From Candidatus Aminicenantes bacterium (lineage in GTDB: Bacteria > Acidobacteriota > Aminicenantia > Aminicenantales > Saccharicenantaceae), in NCBI GenBank assembly GCA_963743205.1, contig CAVUOW010000004.1:133327-197326 (forward strand): a stretch of DNA of 64,000 nt, given 5' to 3'. This document shows, one piece after another, positions 38,928 to 47,436 of the stretch. Position 1 is the first letter of the stretch. Each line of letters opens with the position of its first letter. The notes under the pieces were generated by a model that worked only from the letters and a program-made list of their open reading frames with translations, did no database searches and was not told the origin of the DNA. The translations under genes and the position numbers were made by a program.

Positions 38928-40160
38928 ATGTTCTGCAACAATTGCGGCGCCGCCGTCCCCCCAGGCGGCCGCTTCTGCGGGGCTTGCGGTTTTGCGGTCG
39001 GCGCGACCGCGGCCTTCGGGCCTCCCGGGCGGCCAGGCCCGGGATCCGGCTTCGCGCTCGACCCGCGGGAATTCGAGCACCCCTCGATGCAGAAGATGAA
39101 CCAGTTCTTCCGCAGCTCGGTCGTCCTGCGGAAATCCGCCGAGAGCCTGTCCCGGAAGATCGGCAAGCCCTGGTACGAGTCGACCTTCAACAGCATCCTC
39201 GCAACGGACAAACAGTACCCGCGCATTCTCGAGATCGGCCTCCTGGCGGCGCGCCGCCTGGGGGCCCGCCAGATACCGTCGTTCTATGTCGAGCTCGACC
39301 GCGGGTATCAGTCGTCCACCTACGGTTCCGAGGACGCCGCCTTCGTCAACGTCGGCGCCTTCCTGCCGCGCTTCCTCAATGACGAAGAGCTCCTCTTCGT
39401 CCTCGGTCACGAGGTCGGGCACCTCGTCAGCCAGCACGCCCTGTGGATGACGGTCAGCATGTTCCTCGTGGGCCAGCAGCGGCAGAACCTCATGGCCGAG
39501 GGCGTCATGGGTTTCATCTCCAACCCGCTCAAGCTCATCGAAGGCGGCGTCGAGTCGATCGTCACGAACTGGATGCGGGTGGCCGATTTCACCGCCGACC
39601 GGGCCGCGCTCCTCGCCGTCGGGAGCTTCGAAAAGGCCAAGCGGGCCATCTTCCTCCTCCATCTGAGATCGCGGCGCGAGCTCGACGAGATGGACATCGA
39701 CGAGTGGGTACGGCAGGCCGAGGCCCAGGACCAGACGATGAGCAAGCTCAGTCAAATGATGACCTCGTCGACGCCCTACCTGGGCGTGCGGTTGGTCGAG
39801 CTGAGGAACTTCGCCGCTTCGCCCCAGTACGAAACGCTGCGGCGGAAGGTCGAGAGCGGGAGCGGCGCCGTCCTCGACGGCCTCTTCGACGAAAAGGGCT
39901 ACCTGAAGAAGCTCAAAGCCGAAAAGAAAAAGCCGCCCGTGCCGACGCCGTCGCCGCCGATCGCAAAGGCGCCGAACGTCCCCGCCGGGCCGGCCCCGCC
40001 TCCGCCCGCCAAGGCCCGGATGCTCGAAGGCACCTGCCCGAGATGCCACGCGCCGTTCTCTTTCCGCCTGGTCGCGCTGCCGGGAAAGCCCTGGCTCGAC
40101 ATCCCCTGCAAATCGTGCGGCCGGAAATTCCGACTCCGGCTCGACGCCATAGATCAATAG
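38928..40160 (+). CDS. M48-family zinc metallopeptidase flanked by zinc-ribbon motifs
   Basis: N-terminal CNNCG..FCGACG ribbon, the HEVGH motif (FVLGHEVGHLVSQH), and a C-terminal CPRCH...CKSCG ribbon. Confidence 0.75.
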   Translation: MFCNNCGAAVPPGGRFCGACGFAVGATAAFGPPGRPGPGSGFALDPREFEHPSMQKMNQFFRSSVVLRKSAESLSRKIGKPWYESTFNSILATDKQYPRILEIGLLAARRLGARQIPSFYVELDRGYQSSTYGSEDAAFVNVGAFLPRFLNDEELLFVLGHEVGHLVSQHALWMTVSMFLVGQQRQNLMAEGVMGFISNPLKLIEGGVESIVTNWMRVADFTADRAALLAVGSFEKAKRAIFLLHLRSRRELDEMDIDEWVRQAEAQDQTMSKLSQMMTSSTPYLGVRLVELRNFAASPQYETLRRKVESGSGAVLDGLFDEKGYLKKLKAEKKKPPVPTPSPPIAKAPNVPAGPAPPPPAKARMLEGTCPRCHAPFSFRLVALPGKPWLDIPCKSCGRKFRLRLDAIDQ

Positions 40161-40179
40161 CTCATCAAGGAGGGCGGCC

Positions 40180-41227
40180 ATGGCCTATCCCGGGGGACTC
40201 GACCTTCAAGCGCTGGCCAAGCTCAACGACTTCGACCCGGCCGATTCCGGCGCCGGGGCCATCGGCTCGCGGGCGATCGACGCCGACGGCGACGGCCGGC
40301 CCGACCTCTACCTCGTCGACCTCGACGGCGACGGCTCCGTGGACGGCGTCGTCCGGGCCGTCGACAGCGACGGCGACGGAGTCAACGACACGTTCATCCA
40401 GTACGGCGATGACGGAAAGGTCGATTCGATCGGCCGGGTCGACCCGGCGACCGGGGAGCTTGACGTCGTCTACGAGCAGCCCGACGCCTTCGATGAGATC
40501 CTCGGCTCGCTCGGGCTCGTCGACCTCGAGTCTCCCGAAGAGGCCCTGTTCACGTCGTTCGAGGATCCCTACATCATGGACACCTACGGGACCTTCGGGG
40601 ACGAGGTCCCCGAGGCCTATCCGGCGTCGGAGGACGATGAAGAGCCCGTCGAGGTCACGGACGCTCACGTGACCGAAGTCGCCGGCGATCAACCGGCCGC
40701 GGCCGGAGGATTCCGCGCCCCCCGAAGTCGTCCCCAGGATCGTCGAGATCGAGGACCGGAGCGGGGGAGACGGCTCGAGCCTCTGGGCCAAGGTCGACGA
40801 GGACGCGGACGGGCTGGCCGACTCCGAAGCCAGGATCGACAAGACGAGCACCGGGACCTACTACGGCGATATCAACAAGGACGGCTATTCCGAGGACGTC
40901 GCCACCGACCTCGACCTGGACGGCCGGATCGACACCGTGGATACGACCGGCCAGGGGTCTTCGACCGACACGGTCGGCGCGGAGCAGGTCGTCGAGCCGG
41001 GCTCGGACCATCTCGTCGACCGGAATGAGGATGACGATGATGATGCCGGGGCCGCCTCGACGTCTTCGGTCGCCGACGCCGGAGCCGCGGACACGGACGC
41101 TGCGAGCGCCGGCTCAGACGCGGACGACGGTATCGCCTCCGGGTCCGATTACGACGCGGGGTCTTCGACGAGCGGAGGCTCCGGAGGAGACAGCGGCGGC
41201 TCCTCAGGCGGCGACGATACGGTTTAG
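40180..41227 (+). pseudogene. acidic DxDGDG-repeat (Ca-binding-like) protein, frameshifted near 40690-40730
   Basis: DADGDGRPDLYLVDLDGDGSVDGVV..DSDGDGVND in the frame of 40180. After ..VAGDQPAAA the sequence continues as EDSAPPEVVPRIVEIEDRSGGDGSS..DEDADG..DLDLDGRIDTVDTTG.. in the frame of track ORF 40937-41227. A G/C-rich site (GGCCGGAGG, C6 run at 40718-40723) sits at the junction. Confidence 0.55.
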
Positions 41228-41967
41228 AGGGCGAACAGACTCTCCGCCTGCTTCTTGAATCCCGAATGGGAGAGCGGCTGATAGACGGGCGTCGACCTGT
41301 GCATCAGAAGCTCCCGCGTGCCGAGCGAGACGACGACCGTAAACTCGAACGCCATCCAGTGTTTCGGCCAATGGGAGTCGAGGAATGCCCCGACCCCGGC
41401 ATCGACCGCCGGGGCGATGAGCACGGGATAGACGAGCAGCTGCTGGAACGCGTTCCTGGCGAAGAAGCCCTTTTTCGAAACGGCGAAATCGAAGACGGCC
41501 TTGCTGAAATCCTTGACGTAGGATGACGTCGCCGCCTCGGTCAGGGCCTTGACGCCGCAGACGGCGGTGACCATGCCGATCTGGGCCAGCTCGAACTTCT
41601 TCCGGCGCAGGAACCGGTCGAGGCCGAGCACGGCCGGCGGGTCGATCTTCTCGAACCCGTTCCCGGCCAGACGCGCGTCGAGGACGGCGAGATAGCCGGC
41701 CGCGGACGCGGATGCGCCGCCGCCTTGGGCGGGCCCGGCGACCGGGGGCGCCGATCCCTCCGCCGCGGCCCCGGCCGCCTCGAACCCCTTGCCGCAGGCC
41801 GTGCAGAACTTCGAATCGGCGGGGATCTTCGCGCCGCACTCCGTGCAGAACTTCGCCGGCCCCGCAGCCGCGGCTGCGGCCGGCGCGGGCCCGAGGGTCT
41901 TGCCGCAGGCCGTGCAGAACTTGCCGTCGTCAGGGTTCTCGAACGAGCAGGACGGGCACTTGATCAT
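41224..41967 (-). CDS. double zinc-ribbon protein with an uncharacterised C-terminal domain
   Basis: MIKCPSCSFENPDDGKFCTACG...KFCTECGAKIPADSKFCTACG. The start at 41967 was chosen over the 465-aa track ORF. Confidence 0.6.
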   Translation of the reverse strand: MIKCPSCSFENPDDGKFCTACGKTLGPAPAAAAAAGPAKFCTECGAKIPADSKFCTACGKGFEAAGAAAEGSAPPVAGPAQGGGASASAAGYLAVLDARLAGNGFEKIDPPAVLGLDRFLRRKKFELAQIGMVTAVCGVKALTEAATSSYVKDFSKAVFDFAVSKKGFFARNAFQQLLVYPVLIAPAVDAGVGAFLDSHWPKHWMAFEFTVVVSLGTRELLMHRSTPVYQPLSHSGFKKQAESLFAL

Positions 41968-41978
41968 GGGACTTCTCC

Positions 41979-42629
41979 TCAGGCCGTCAGGCCTTTCGTT
42001 TCGCGCGAGACGAGCATCCATCCCCAGACGCCTCCGGCCAGGAGCCCGGCATTGATGAGGATGAAGATGACGGGGCCGGAGAGTCCCCGGAGCAGGAAGA
42101 TCGCTCCGAGGACGGCCATGGCGATAAAAAGCCACTTGGCGTACTTGTGGTCGCCCTTGGCGATGAGGGTCATGGCGTAGACGTTGAGGCAGGCCAGCGC
42201 GGCATCGACGACGATCAGGAACCACTGGAGCCCGGTGCCGGGGACCTGGCTCGCGTAAGGGCCGTAGGCCGCCCTGATCTTTGCGAGCTCCGAGTACATC
42301 AGGAAGATGCCGAGCGCGTAGAGCGCCGCGCCGCCGCCGAGGAGCATCCTGATGCGTTGGCCGGTCTCGCTCGGCGCTTTCGGCCGCGCGGTCGCGACGA
42401 CGCCGCCCGCGCCCCCGGCACCGCCGCCCGAGGGCCCCGGCCCGCCCGGGATCGCGGCCGCGACGGCGGGCCTGCCGCAGCCCTTGCAGAACCGGCTGCC
42501 CTCCGGGCTCTCGGCCCCGCAGGAGGCGCAGCGGACGTTGACGGGGGTCTTGGGAAGCATCGCGCCGCATCCGGCGCAGAACTTGCTTCCGGGGGGATTC
42601 TCGGAGTTGCAGCCGGGGCACGTGGTCAT
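41979..42629 (-). CDS. double zinc-ribbon membrane protein (about 4 TM)
   Basis: MTTCPGCNSENPPGSKFCAGCG...VRCASCGAESPEGSRFCKGCG followed by hydrophobic helices. AAGGAGGG lies upstream of the ATG at 42629. Confidence 0.6.
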   Translation of the reverse strand: MTTCPGCNSENPPGSKFCAGCGAMLPKTPVNVRCASCGAESPEGSRFCKGCGRPAVAAAIPGGPGPSGGGAGGAGGVVATARPKAPSETGQRIRMLLGGGAALYALGIFLMYSELAKIRAAYGPYASQVPGTGLQWFLIVVDAALACLNVYAMTLIAKGDHKYAKWLFIAMAVLGAIFLLRGLSGPVIFILINAGLLAGGVWGWMLVSRETKGLTA

Positions 42630-42665
42630 GAGGCCCTCCTTTTGCTCCGTCCTACGATTGGCGTG

Positions 42666-42695
42666 ATTATAGATAGGCCCGGCGCTCGATGTCAA
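42666..42695 (-). promoter_or_regulatory. consensus sigma70 promoter TTGACA-18 nt-TATAAT
   Basis: Read on the minus strand, about 35 nt upstream of the start at 42629. Confidence 0.55.
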
Positions 42696-42701
42696 TCGGC
42701 C

Positions 42702-42730
42702 TTGAAGCCGGATTAACGGGCACATATACT
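42702..42730 (+). promoter_or_regulatory. divergent promoter TTGAAG-17 nt-TATACT
   Basis: Upstream of the 42781 (or 42817) start, back to back with the minus-strand promoter. Confidence 0.45.
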
Positions 42731-42780
42731 GGACCTGAAGCCCATGCCCATCCGACGAGGAGCCCGCGCATGACTAGCGG

Positions 42781-44976
42781 ATGCCGGCGCGTGCTCTTCT
42801 CGACGAGGAGGTCCGATTGAGGCGCCGGAGGAAAGCATCGGCGGCCGCCGTGGCCGCGATCGCCCTCGTCTGCGCTGCCCTCGGCTTGTGCTCCTGGGCC
42901 TGCCGCCGCAGCGCGGTCAGGCCGATCCGGATCGAACGTCAAGGGGCGGAATTTCGGCTCGTCTATGAGGGAAAGCCGATCGGGCTTTTTGCCGCCCCGG
43001 AGCTGGCCGCGAGCGGCCTGCCGCGGATCGAAGTCGGCAAGGCCGATGAGGCCGGATGGCGTCGCGTCCGTCTCAGCTGGGACGTCTCCCGCGCCGTCGC
43101 CCAGGATGAGCTTTCCGTCCGCTTCGATGTCGGCTTCGAACCGGACTTTTGGTGGGCCCCGCACCTCGCGCCCGAAGAGGGTTATGTCGTCGCCCAGCAC
43201 GTTTTCCGTTCGCCCGCGGTCATCGCGGCGCGCGGCCCGCTGACGCTCGCCGTCGTTCCGGACCTCGACATCGCCGGGAAGAACCCGGCGAATCCGTGGT
43301 TCCTCGACTACGATGCCGTGAACCGGAAGATGTGGCTGGGCCTGGTCAAGACCGAGATCCCCGAGCACGTCCTTTTCAAGAAGGCGCCGGGAATGACCTT
43401 CGCTGCGGGGACAGTCGAGCTGGGCTTCTACGTCGGCGCTTTCAGCGACCGCGGGGAGGTCCGGGATCCGTGGCGCGAGGTCGCGGCCTTCCTTTGGAAA
43501 CGCTGGGGCAGCCCGCTCTCCGCCAAGGGCGAGCCCATCGCGGGCCGGCTCGAGCCCTATGTCCGCCGGACCTACGACTGGGCGTTCCACGGCTGGAGCA
43601 AGTACGTCTGGCAGGAATTCGAACTCGGCGGCCGGCGCGTCGGGGCACCCCAATTCATCGTCAACATCTCCCAATCGCCCAACTATCCCGGGCCGTGGTA
43701 CCAGCGGGAGTTCCTGTCGATCTGGAACCAGGCCTGGTTCTCGTCCCTGCGGAGCGCCTCGGGGCTCTACCGCTACGGGCGCTTCCTCGGCGGCGCGGAG
43801 GGCGAAGCGCTCCAGGCTAAAGCCCGCATGACGAAGGAGCTGGCCCTGGCCGCGCCCATGACGGACGGCATCTTCCCGGCCGTGATCGGCACGCCGAACG
43901 ACATCGTCGAGATCGGCGGCCAAGAGCTGCGCCGGCCGCGCGGCTGGGACGAGGCCCGCTGGTCGAACTCGGACCGGACCCCCGACGACCACGGCATCAC
44001 GCCGGATTGGTTCCACGTCCTCGACATGAGCTGGACGGCGCTTCTCATGCTGCGCTGGCACGACGAGCTCGAGAAGGACCCGCGGCTCCTCGACTACGCC
44101 CGGGCCTACGGCGAGAGACTCCTCGCGCTCCAGGACGATCGCGGCTTCTTCCCCGGCTGGCTTCACCCGACGACGCATGCGCCGGGCCCGGTGATGAACC
44201 GGACGCCGGAGACGAGCCTGAGCGCGACATTCCTGCTCAAGCTGACCGATGCGACCGGGGAGGCGAGGTTCCGCCAGGCGGCGCTCCGGGCCGTCGACGC
44301 CGTGGTGGCGGACATCGTCCCCGACGGCAACTGGCTCGATTTCGAGACCTACTGGTCATGCAGCGCCTGGGGACGGGACAAGTACCTGGACCGGAAGATC
44401 GAGCGCAATGCCTTGCACAAGCAGAACACGCTCTCGATGTTCTGGACCGCGGAGGCGCTGCTCGCGGCCCACAGAGCGACGGGCGAGAGGCGCTACCTCG
44501 ATTGGGGCCGGCGGACGATCGACGAGCTGTCCATGGCCCAGCAGGTCTGGCAGCCGCCCTTCATCTACGTCCCGGCCCTCGGCGGGTTCGGGGTCATGAA
44601 CGCCGACGGCGAGTGGAACGACTCGCGCGAAACGCTTTTCGCCGAGCTCTTCCTCGACTACGCCAAAGCGACGGGCGAGCCGGCCTACTCCGAGCGGGGG
44701 ATGGCCGCGCTCAAGGCTGGCTTCGTCATGATGTACTGCCCGGAGAATCCCGCGGTCAAGGCCATGTGGGAGAAGGTCTATCCCTGGTTCGGTCCGGCCG
44801 ATTACGGGTTCACTATGGAGAACTACGGCCACGGCGGCGTAACCAGCCCCGAAGGCGAAGGCATGGGCGTCTTCACGATCTACGATTGGGGCAACGGCGC
44901 GGCGGCCGAGGCGGCGATGCGCATCCTCGATCACTACGGCCCTCTCGAGATCAAGGAGTCGCCGCCGAAGCGCTAA
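42781..44976 (+). CDS. large hypothetical membrane-anchored/secreted protein, family not recognised
   Basis: 731-aa intact ORF with coding-like composition and an N-terminal hydrophobic anchor AAAVAAIALVCAALGL. An alternative TTG start at 42817 follows GAGGAGG. Confidence 0.6.
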   Translation: MPARALLDEEVRLRRRRKASAAAVAAIALVCAALGLCSWACRRSAVRPIRIERQGAEFRLVYEGKPIGLFAAPELAASGLPRIEVGKADEAGWRRVRLSWDVSRAVAQDELSVRFDVGFEPDFWWAPHLAPEEGYVVAQHVFRSPAVIAARGPLTLAVVPDLDIAGKNPANPWFLDYDAVNRKMWLGLVKTEIPEHVLFKKAPGMTFAAGTVELGFYVGAFSDRGEVRDPWREVAAFLWKRWGSPLSAKGEPIAGRLEPYVRRTYDWAFHGWSKYVWQEFELGGRRVGAPQFIVNISQSPNYPGPWYQREFLSIWNQAWFSSLRSASGLYRYGRFLGGAEGEALQAKARMTKELALAAPMTDGIFPAVIGTPNDIVEIGGQELRRPRGWDEARWSNSDRTPDDHGITPDWFHVLDMSWTALLMLRWHDELEKDPRLLDYARAYGERLLALQDDRGFFPGWLHPTTHAPGPVMNRTPETSLSATFLLKLTDATGEARFRQAALRAVDAVVADIVPDGNWLDFETYWSCSAWGRDKYLDRKIERNALHKQNTLSMFWTAEALLAAHRATGERRYLDWGRRTIDELSMAQQVWQPPFIYVPALGGFGVMNADGEWNDSRETLFAELFLDYAKATGEPAYSERGMAALKAGFVMMYCPENPAVKAMWEKVYPWFGPADYGFTMENYGHGGVTSPEGEGMGVFTIYDWGNGAAAEAAMRILDHYGPLEIKESPPKR

Positions 44977-45192
44977 ATGGGGGACACAATACCTATTCCC
45001 CATTTAAAAGCTGATGTTGACCCCGGGGCGAGCTCGAGAGGTCGTCCATCGCGCCGCTAAATCGGGGACGCAATACCCATTTCCGATTTAATCGGGGAGG
45101 AGAAAGGGGGAGGAGACAGGGACATGTCCCTCGGGTTCCTGTCCCCGCCCGTTCTGTCTTTAATTGGGGAATAGGTATTGTGTCCCCGATTT
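44975..45192. repeat. nested cluster of three GGGGAC(A/G)CAATACC hairpin repeats plus an OMP-gene 3' remnant
   Basis: Units at 44975-45005 (+), 45059-45089 (+) and 45162-45192 (inverted). The outer two form an inverted pair around about 220 bp. A 14-bp palindrome AGGGACATGTCCCT lies at 45118-45131. Confidence 0.75.
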
Positions 45193-45847
45193 AAAATCCC
45201 AATTTGACCCCGAGGGCGAGCTCGAGCCCGTAGAGATGGAGCATGTTCTGGGCGAGCGGGTCATCGTCACGGATGGGGTAGGTCCTGCCCTCGTTCTCCA
45301 TCCAGGTCTTGACCAGGTTGTAGCGCCCTTTGAGGCAGACGGCGAGCTTTTGGGAGATCCGGACGTCCAGCCCCGCGCCGATCTGGAGAGCCAGGCGGTC
45401 TACGAAGACCCGGCGCGGCGTATCCGGGGGCCAGACGTCCGGCGCGTAGCCGAGGAACGTGAAGCCGATGCCCATCAGCGCGTACGGGAGGAGCCGTCCT
45501 TTGGTGAGCACATAGATCTGCTCGTTGATGAGCAGGGTCGTCATTGTCATCCGGCCCGCGGAAACGAGGCCCGCGGCGCCCGACTCGACGGGGACGCCGA
45601 ACCTCTCGAGGAAGAGCTCGATGCCCATCCTGTGGCCCGTCCTGAAAAATACGCCGCCGCCGTACTTCAGGCCGCTGCCGAATCCCGCTTCCCGGACGAA
45701 TACGGCTCCGGAATCGAGCTCGACCGCGAAGCGGGGGATGGCGCGATGGTCATCGCCCCGGACCGCGAGGGGCGTCAGGAGCAGGATCGACGCGAGCATG
45801 ATCCCGGCGCCGGCAGCCCGTTTCGCCGTGTGGGCCTTGTTCTTCAT
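45191..45847 (-). CDS. outer-membrane beta-barrel protein
   Basis: Signal peptide, alternating hydrophobic beta-strand pattern, and a C-terminal ..LELALGVKLGF with terminal Phe. Confidence 0.65.
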   Translation of the reverse strand: MKNKAHTAKRAAGAGIMLASILLLTPLAVRGDDHRAIPRFAVELDSGAVFVREAGFGSGLKYGGGVFFRTGHRMGIELFLERFGVPVESGAAGLVSAGRMTMTTLLINEQIYVLTKGRLLPYALMGIGFTFLGYAPDVWPPDTPRRVFVDRLALQIGAGLDVRISQKLAVCLKGRYNLVKTWMENEGRTYPIRDDDPLAQNMLHLYGLELALGVKLGF

Positions 45848-45861
45848 GGTCGATCTCCGCT

Positions 45862-47268
45862 TTAGAACTGCCACGTGACGAAGGCCCTGGCCTCGACGAG
45901 GTCCCTGTGGCCCTTGGGGAAATCCCTGAGGTCGAAGCGCCGCGCGCAATACTCGGCTTCGAATCCGACCCCGAAGCTCGACCAGACCGGGAACTCGAGT
46001 TGGCCCTGAAGGATGTCCCAGGTTTCACGGCCGACCCGGCTGCCGATGACGTCGAGGTCGAAAAGGTAGTAATGCCGCCAGATCAGGGTGACGTACTCGA
46101 ACCCTTTGAGCCCGACGCTCACATCGGCGGCCGCCGTCATGCCGGTGGCCAGGTTGTAGGACCGCCGTTCAGCCCCCGGCTCGGTCAAGAAGTCATCCGA
46201 TGCGCCGAGCCCGAGCCAGCCCAGCCGGGCGGACGTCGTCAGCCGGACGCCGGGATTGAACTCGAAGCGCGACGACCAGCCGCCGGTGAAGGACGTGCCG
46301 GAGAAGCGCATCGTCTCGAGGCCGTAATATTCGTAGTGCTGGTACACGCCGAGGAAATGGGAGGAGCCGCGGCGTCCGGCGAACGTCTTTCCGATGAGCG
46401 CGCCGTGGATGAGGAGCGAAAGGTGGGGCCGGTCGGGCCCCCAACGGAGGCGACCCGCGACCGTGAACACGTCGAAGGGACGGCCGGACCAGCCCGCGCC
46501 GGCCGGATCGCCGTACCTCAGCGTGAAGCCGACGAGGGGGGCGACCCGGGTGCCTGTGAGCTCGGCGCTCCGGGTGACGACGGGTCCGGTCAGCATGAGC
46601 TCGCCGTTGAGGATGCGGCCGGCGTCCGGGCTCCCGGGCAGGCCGGGGTAGGTGTCGTTGCGGCCGTTGAGGAGACGGTTAGCCCCGCCGACCGGGTCGA
46701 GGACGGCCCCGACGGCCTCGCGCCAGATGCGTCCGAGGCCGTGGGCGCCCCTCTTGCGGACGAGCGCGGAGAACCGGTAGCCGATCTCGCCGTAGACGAT
46801 CCCGCCGGCGGTCGTCGTGATCAGGTCGTTGATGCTCGGACGGTACTTCTCCATCATCATTTCCCACATAAAGCTGCCGCCAAGGGCGGCCGCGGACGAG
46901 CCCCAGAAGTCGAGCCCGTTGGCCCGGCCGGCGTTGAAATAGAGGTAGCCGTGATAGGGGTGGTGATAGAAATTGATGAAGTAGCGGCTGCGGTCCCACT
47001 CCCAGCCGTCGCGGATGTTGTCGCGGAGCGTCTCCCAGCTGATGTAAGAATAGGATTCGTTCGCGACGTAGTGCAGGAAGGCCCAGACGCCGAGGTTGAT
47101 GCCGGCCACTTCGGCGGCGGCGGTGAGCGGCTCGGGTTTGAGGTGGAGGGCAGGGGGCGGCGGTGCGGGAGAAGGCGAGGGCGACGGCGAGGGCGGTAGC
47201 GGGAGGATGCCGCCGCCGAGGATAAGGCGCAGAGCGATGCTCGAGATGGCCGTTGAGAGGGCGATCAT
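45862..47268 (-). CDS. DUF3943-like protein
   Basis: 468 aa. ..WEWDRSRYFINFYHHPYHGYLYFNAGRANGL.. matches my recollection of the DUF3943 signature. Pro/Ser-rich linker after the N-terminal hydrophobic segment. Confidence 0.55.
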   Translation of the reverse strand: MIALSTAISSIALRLILGGGILPLPPSPSPSPSPAPPPPALHLKPEPLTAAAEVAGINLGVWAFLHYVANESYSYISWETLRDNIRDGWEWDRSRYFINFYHHPYHGYLYFNAGRANGLDFWGSSAAALGGSFMWEMMMEKYRPSINDLITTTAGGIVYGEIGYRFSALVRKRGAHGLGRIWREAVGAVLDPVGGANRLLNGRNDTYPGLPGSPDAGRILNGELMLTGPVVTRSAELTGTRVAPLVGFTLRYGDPAGAGWSGRPFDVFTVAGRLRWGPDRPHLSLLIHGALIGKTFAGRRGSSHFLGVYQHYEYYGLETMRFSGTSFTGGWSSRFEFNPGVRLTTSARLGWLGLGASDDFLTEPGAERRSYNLATGMTAAADVSVGLKGFEYVTLIWRHYYLFDLDVIGSRVGRETWDILQGQLEFPVWSSFGVGFEAEYCARRFDLRDFPKGHRDLVEARAFVTWQF

Positions 47269-47329
47269 TTTTGGTCCCGTTCGAGAATCCCCATTCCGCC
47301 GACATCATGTTCCGCGAGGCGGGCGGAGT

Positions 47330-47358
47330 TGTCAAGAGCGTGTCAAGAATCTGTCAAA
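47330..47358. promoter_or_regulatory. three direct TGTCAA(G/A) repeats at exact 11-bp spacing
   Basis: Repeats start at 47330, 47341 and 47352 (TTGACA x3 on the minus strand), in the divergent region between 45862-47268 (-) and the 47437 gene (+). Confidence 0.4.
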
Positions 47359-47397
47359 AGGCGATCGGGGTGCGCGGACAAGGCTTGGATTGGAATG

Positions 47398-47419
47398 CGG
47401 AAATTGGTATTGTGTCCCC
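47398..47419 (+). repeat. 22-nt identical core CGGAAATTGGTATTGTGTCCCC, copy 1
   Basis: Ends 17 nt before ATG 47437 with AGGAGA in between. Contains TGGTATTGT, which is extended -10-like. Confidence 0.8.
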
Positions 47420-47436
47420 GAGTTAGGAGACGATCC

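Noticed and set aside
41224-42621. 465-aa ORF covering both zinc-ribbon genes
   Set aside because: The upstream half is out of frame relative to the 41979-42629 gene. The real start is MIKCPSCSF at 41967.
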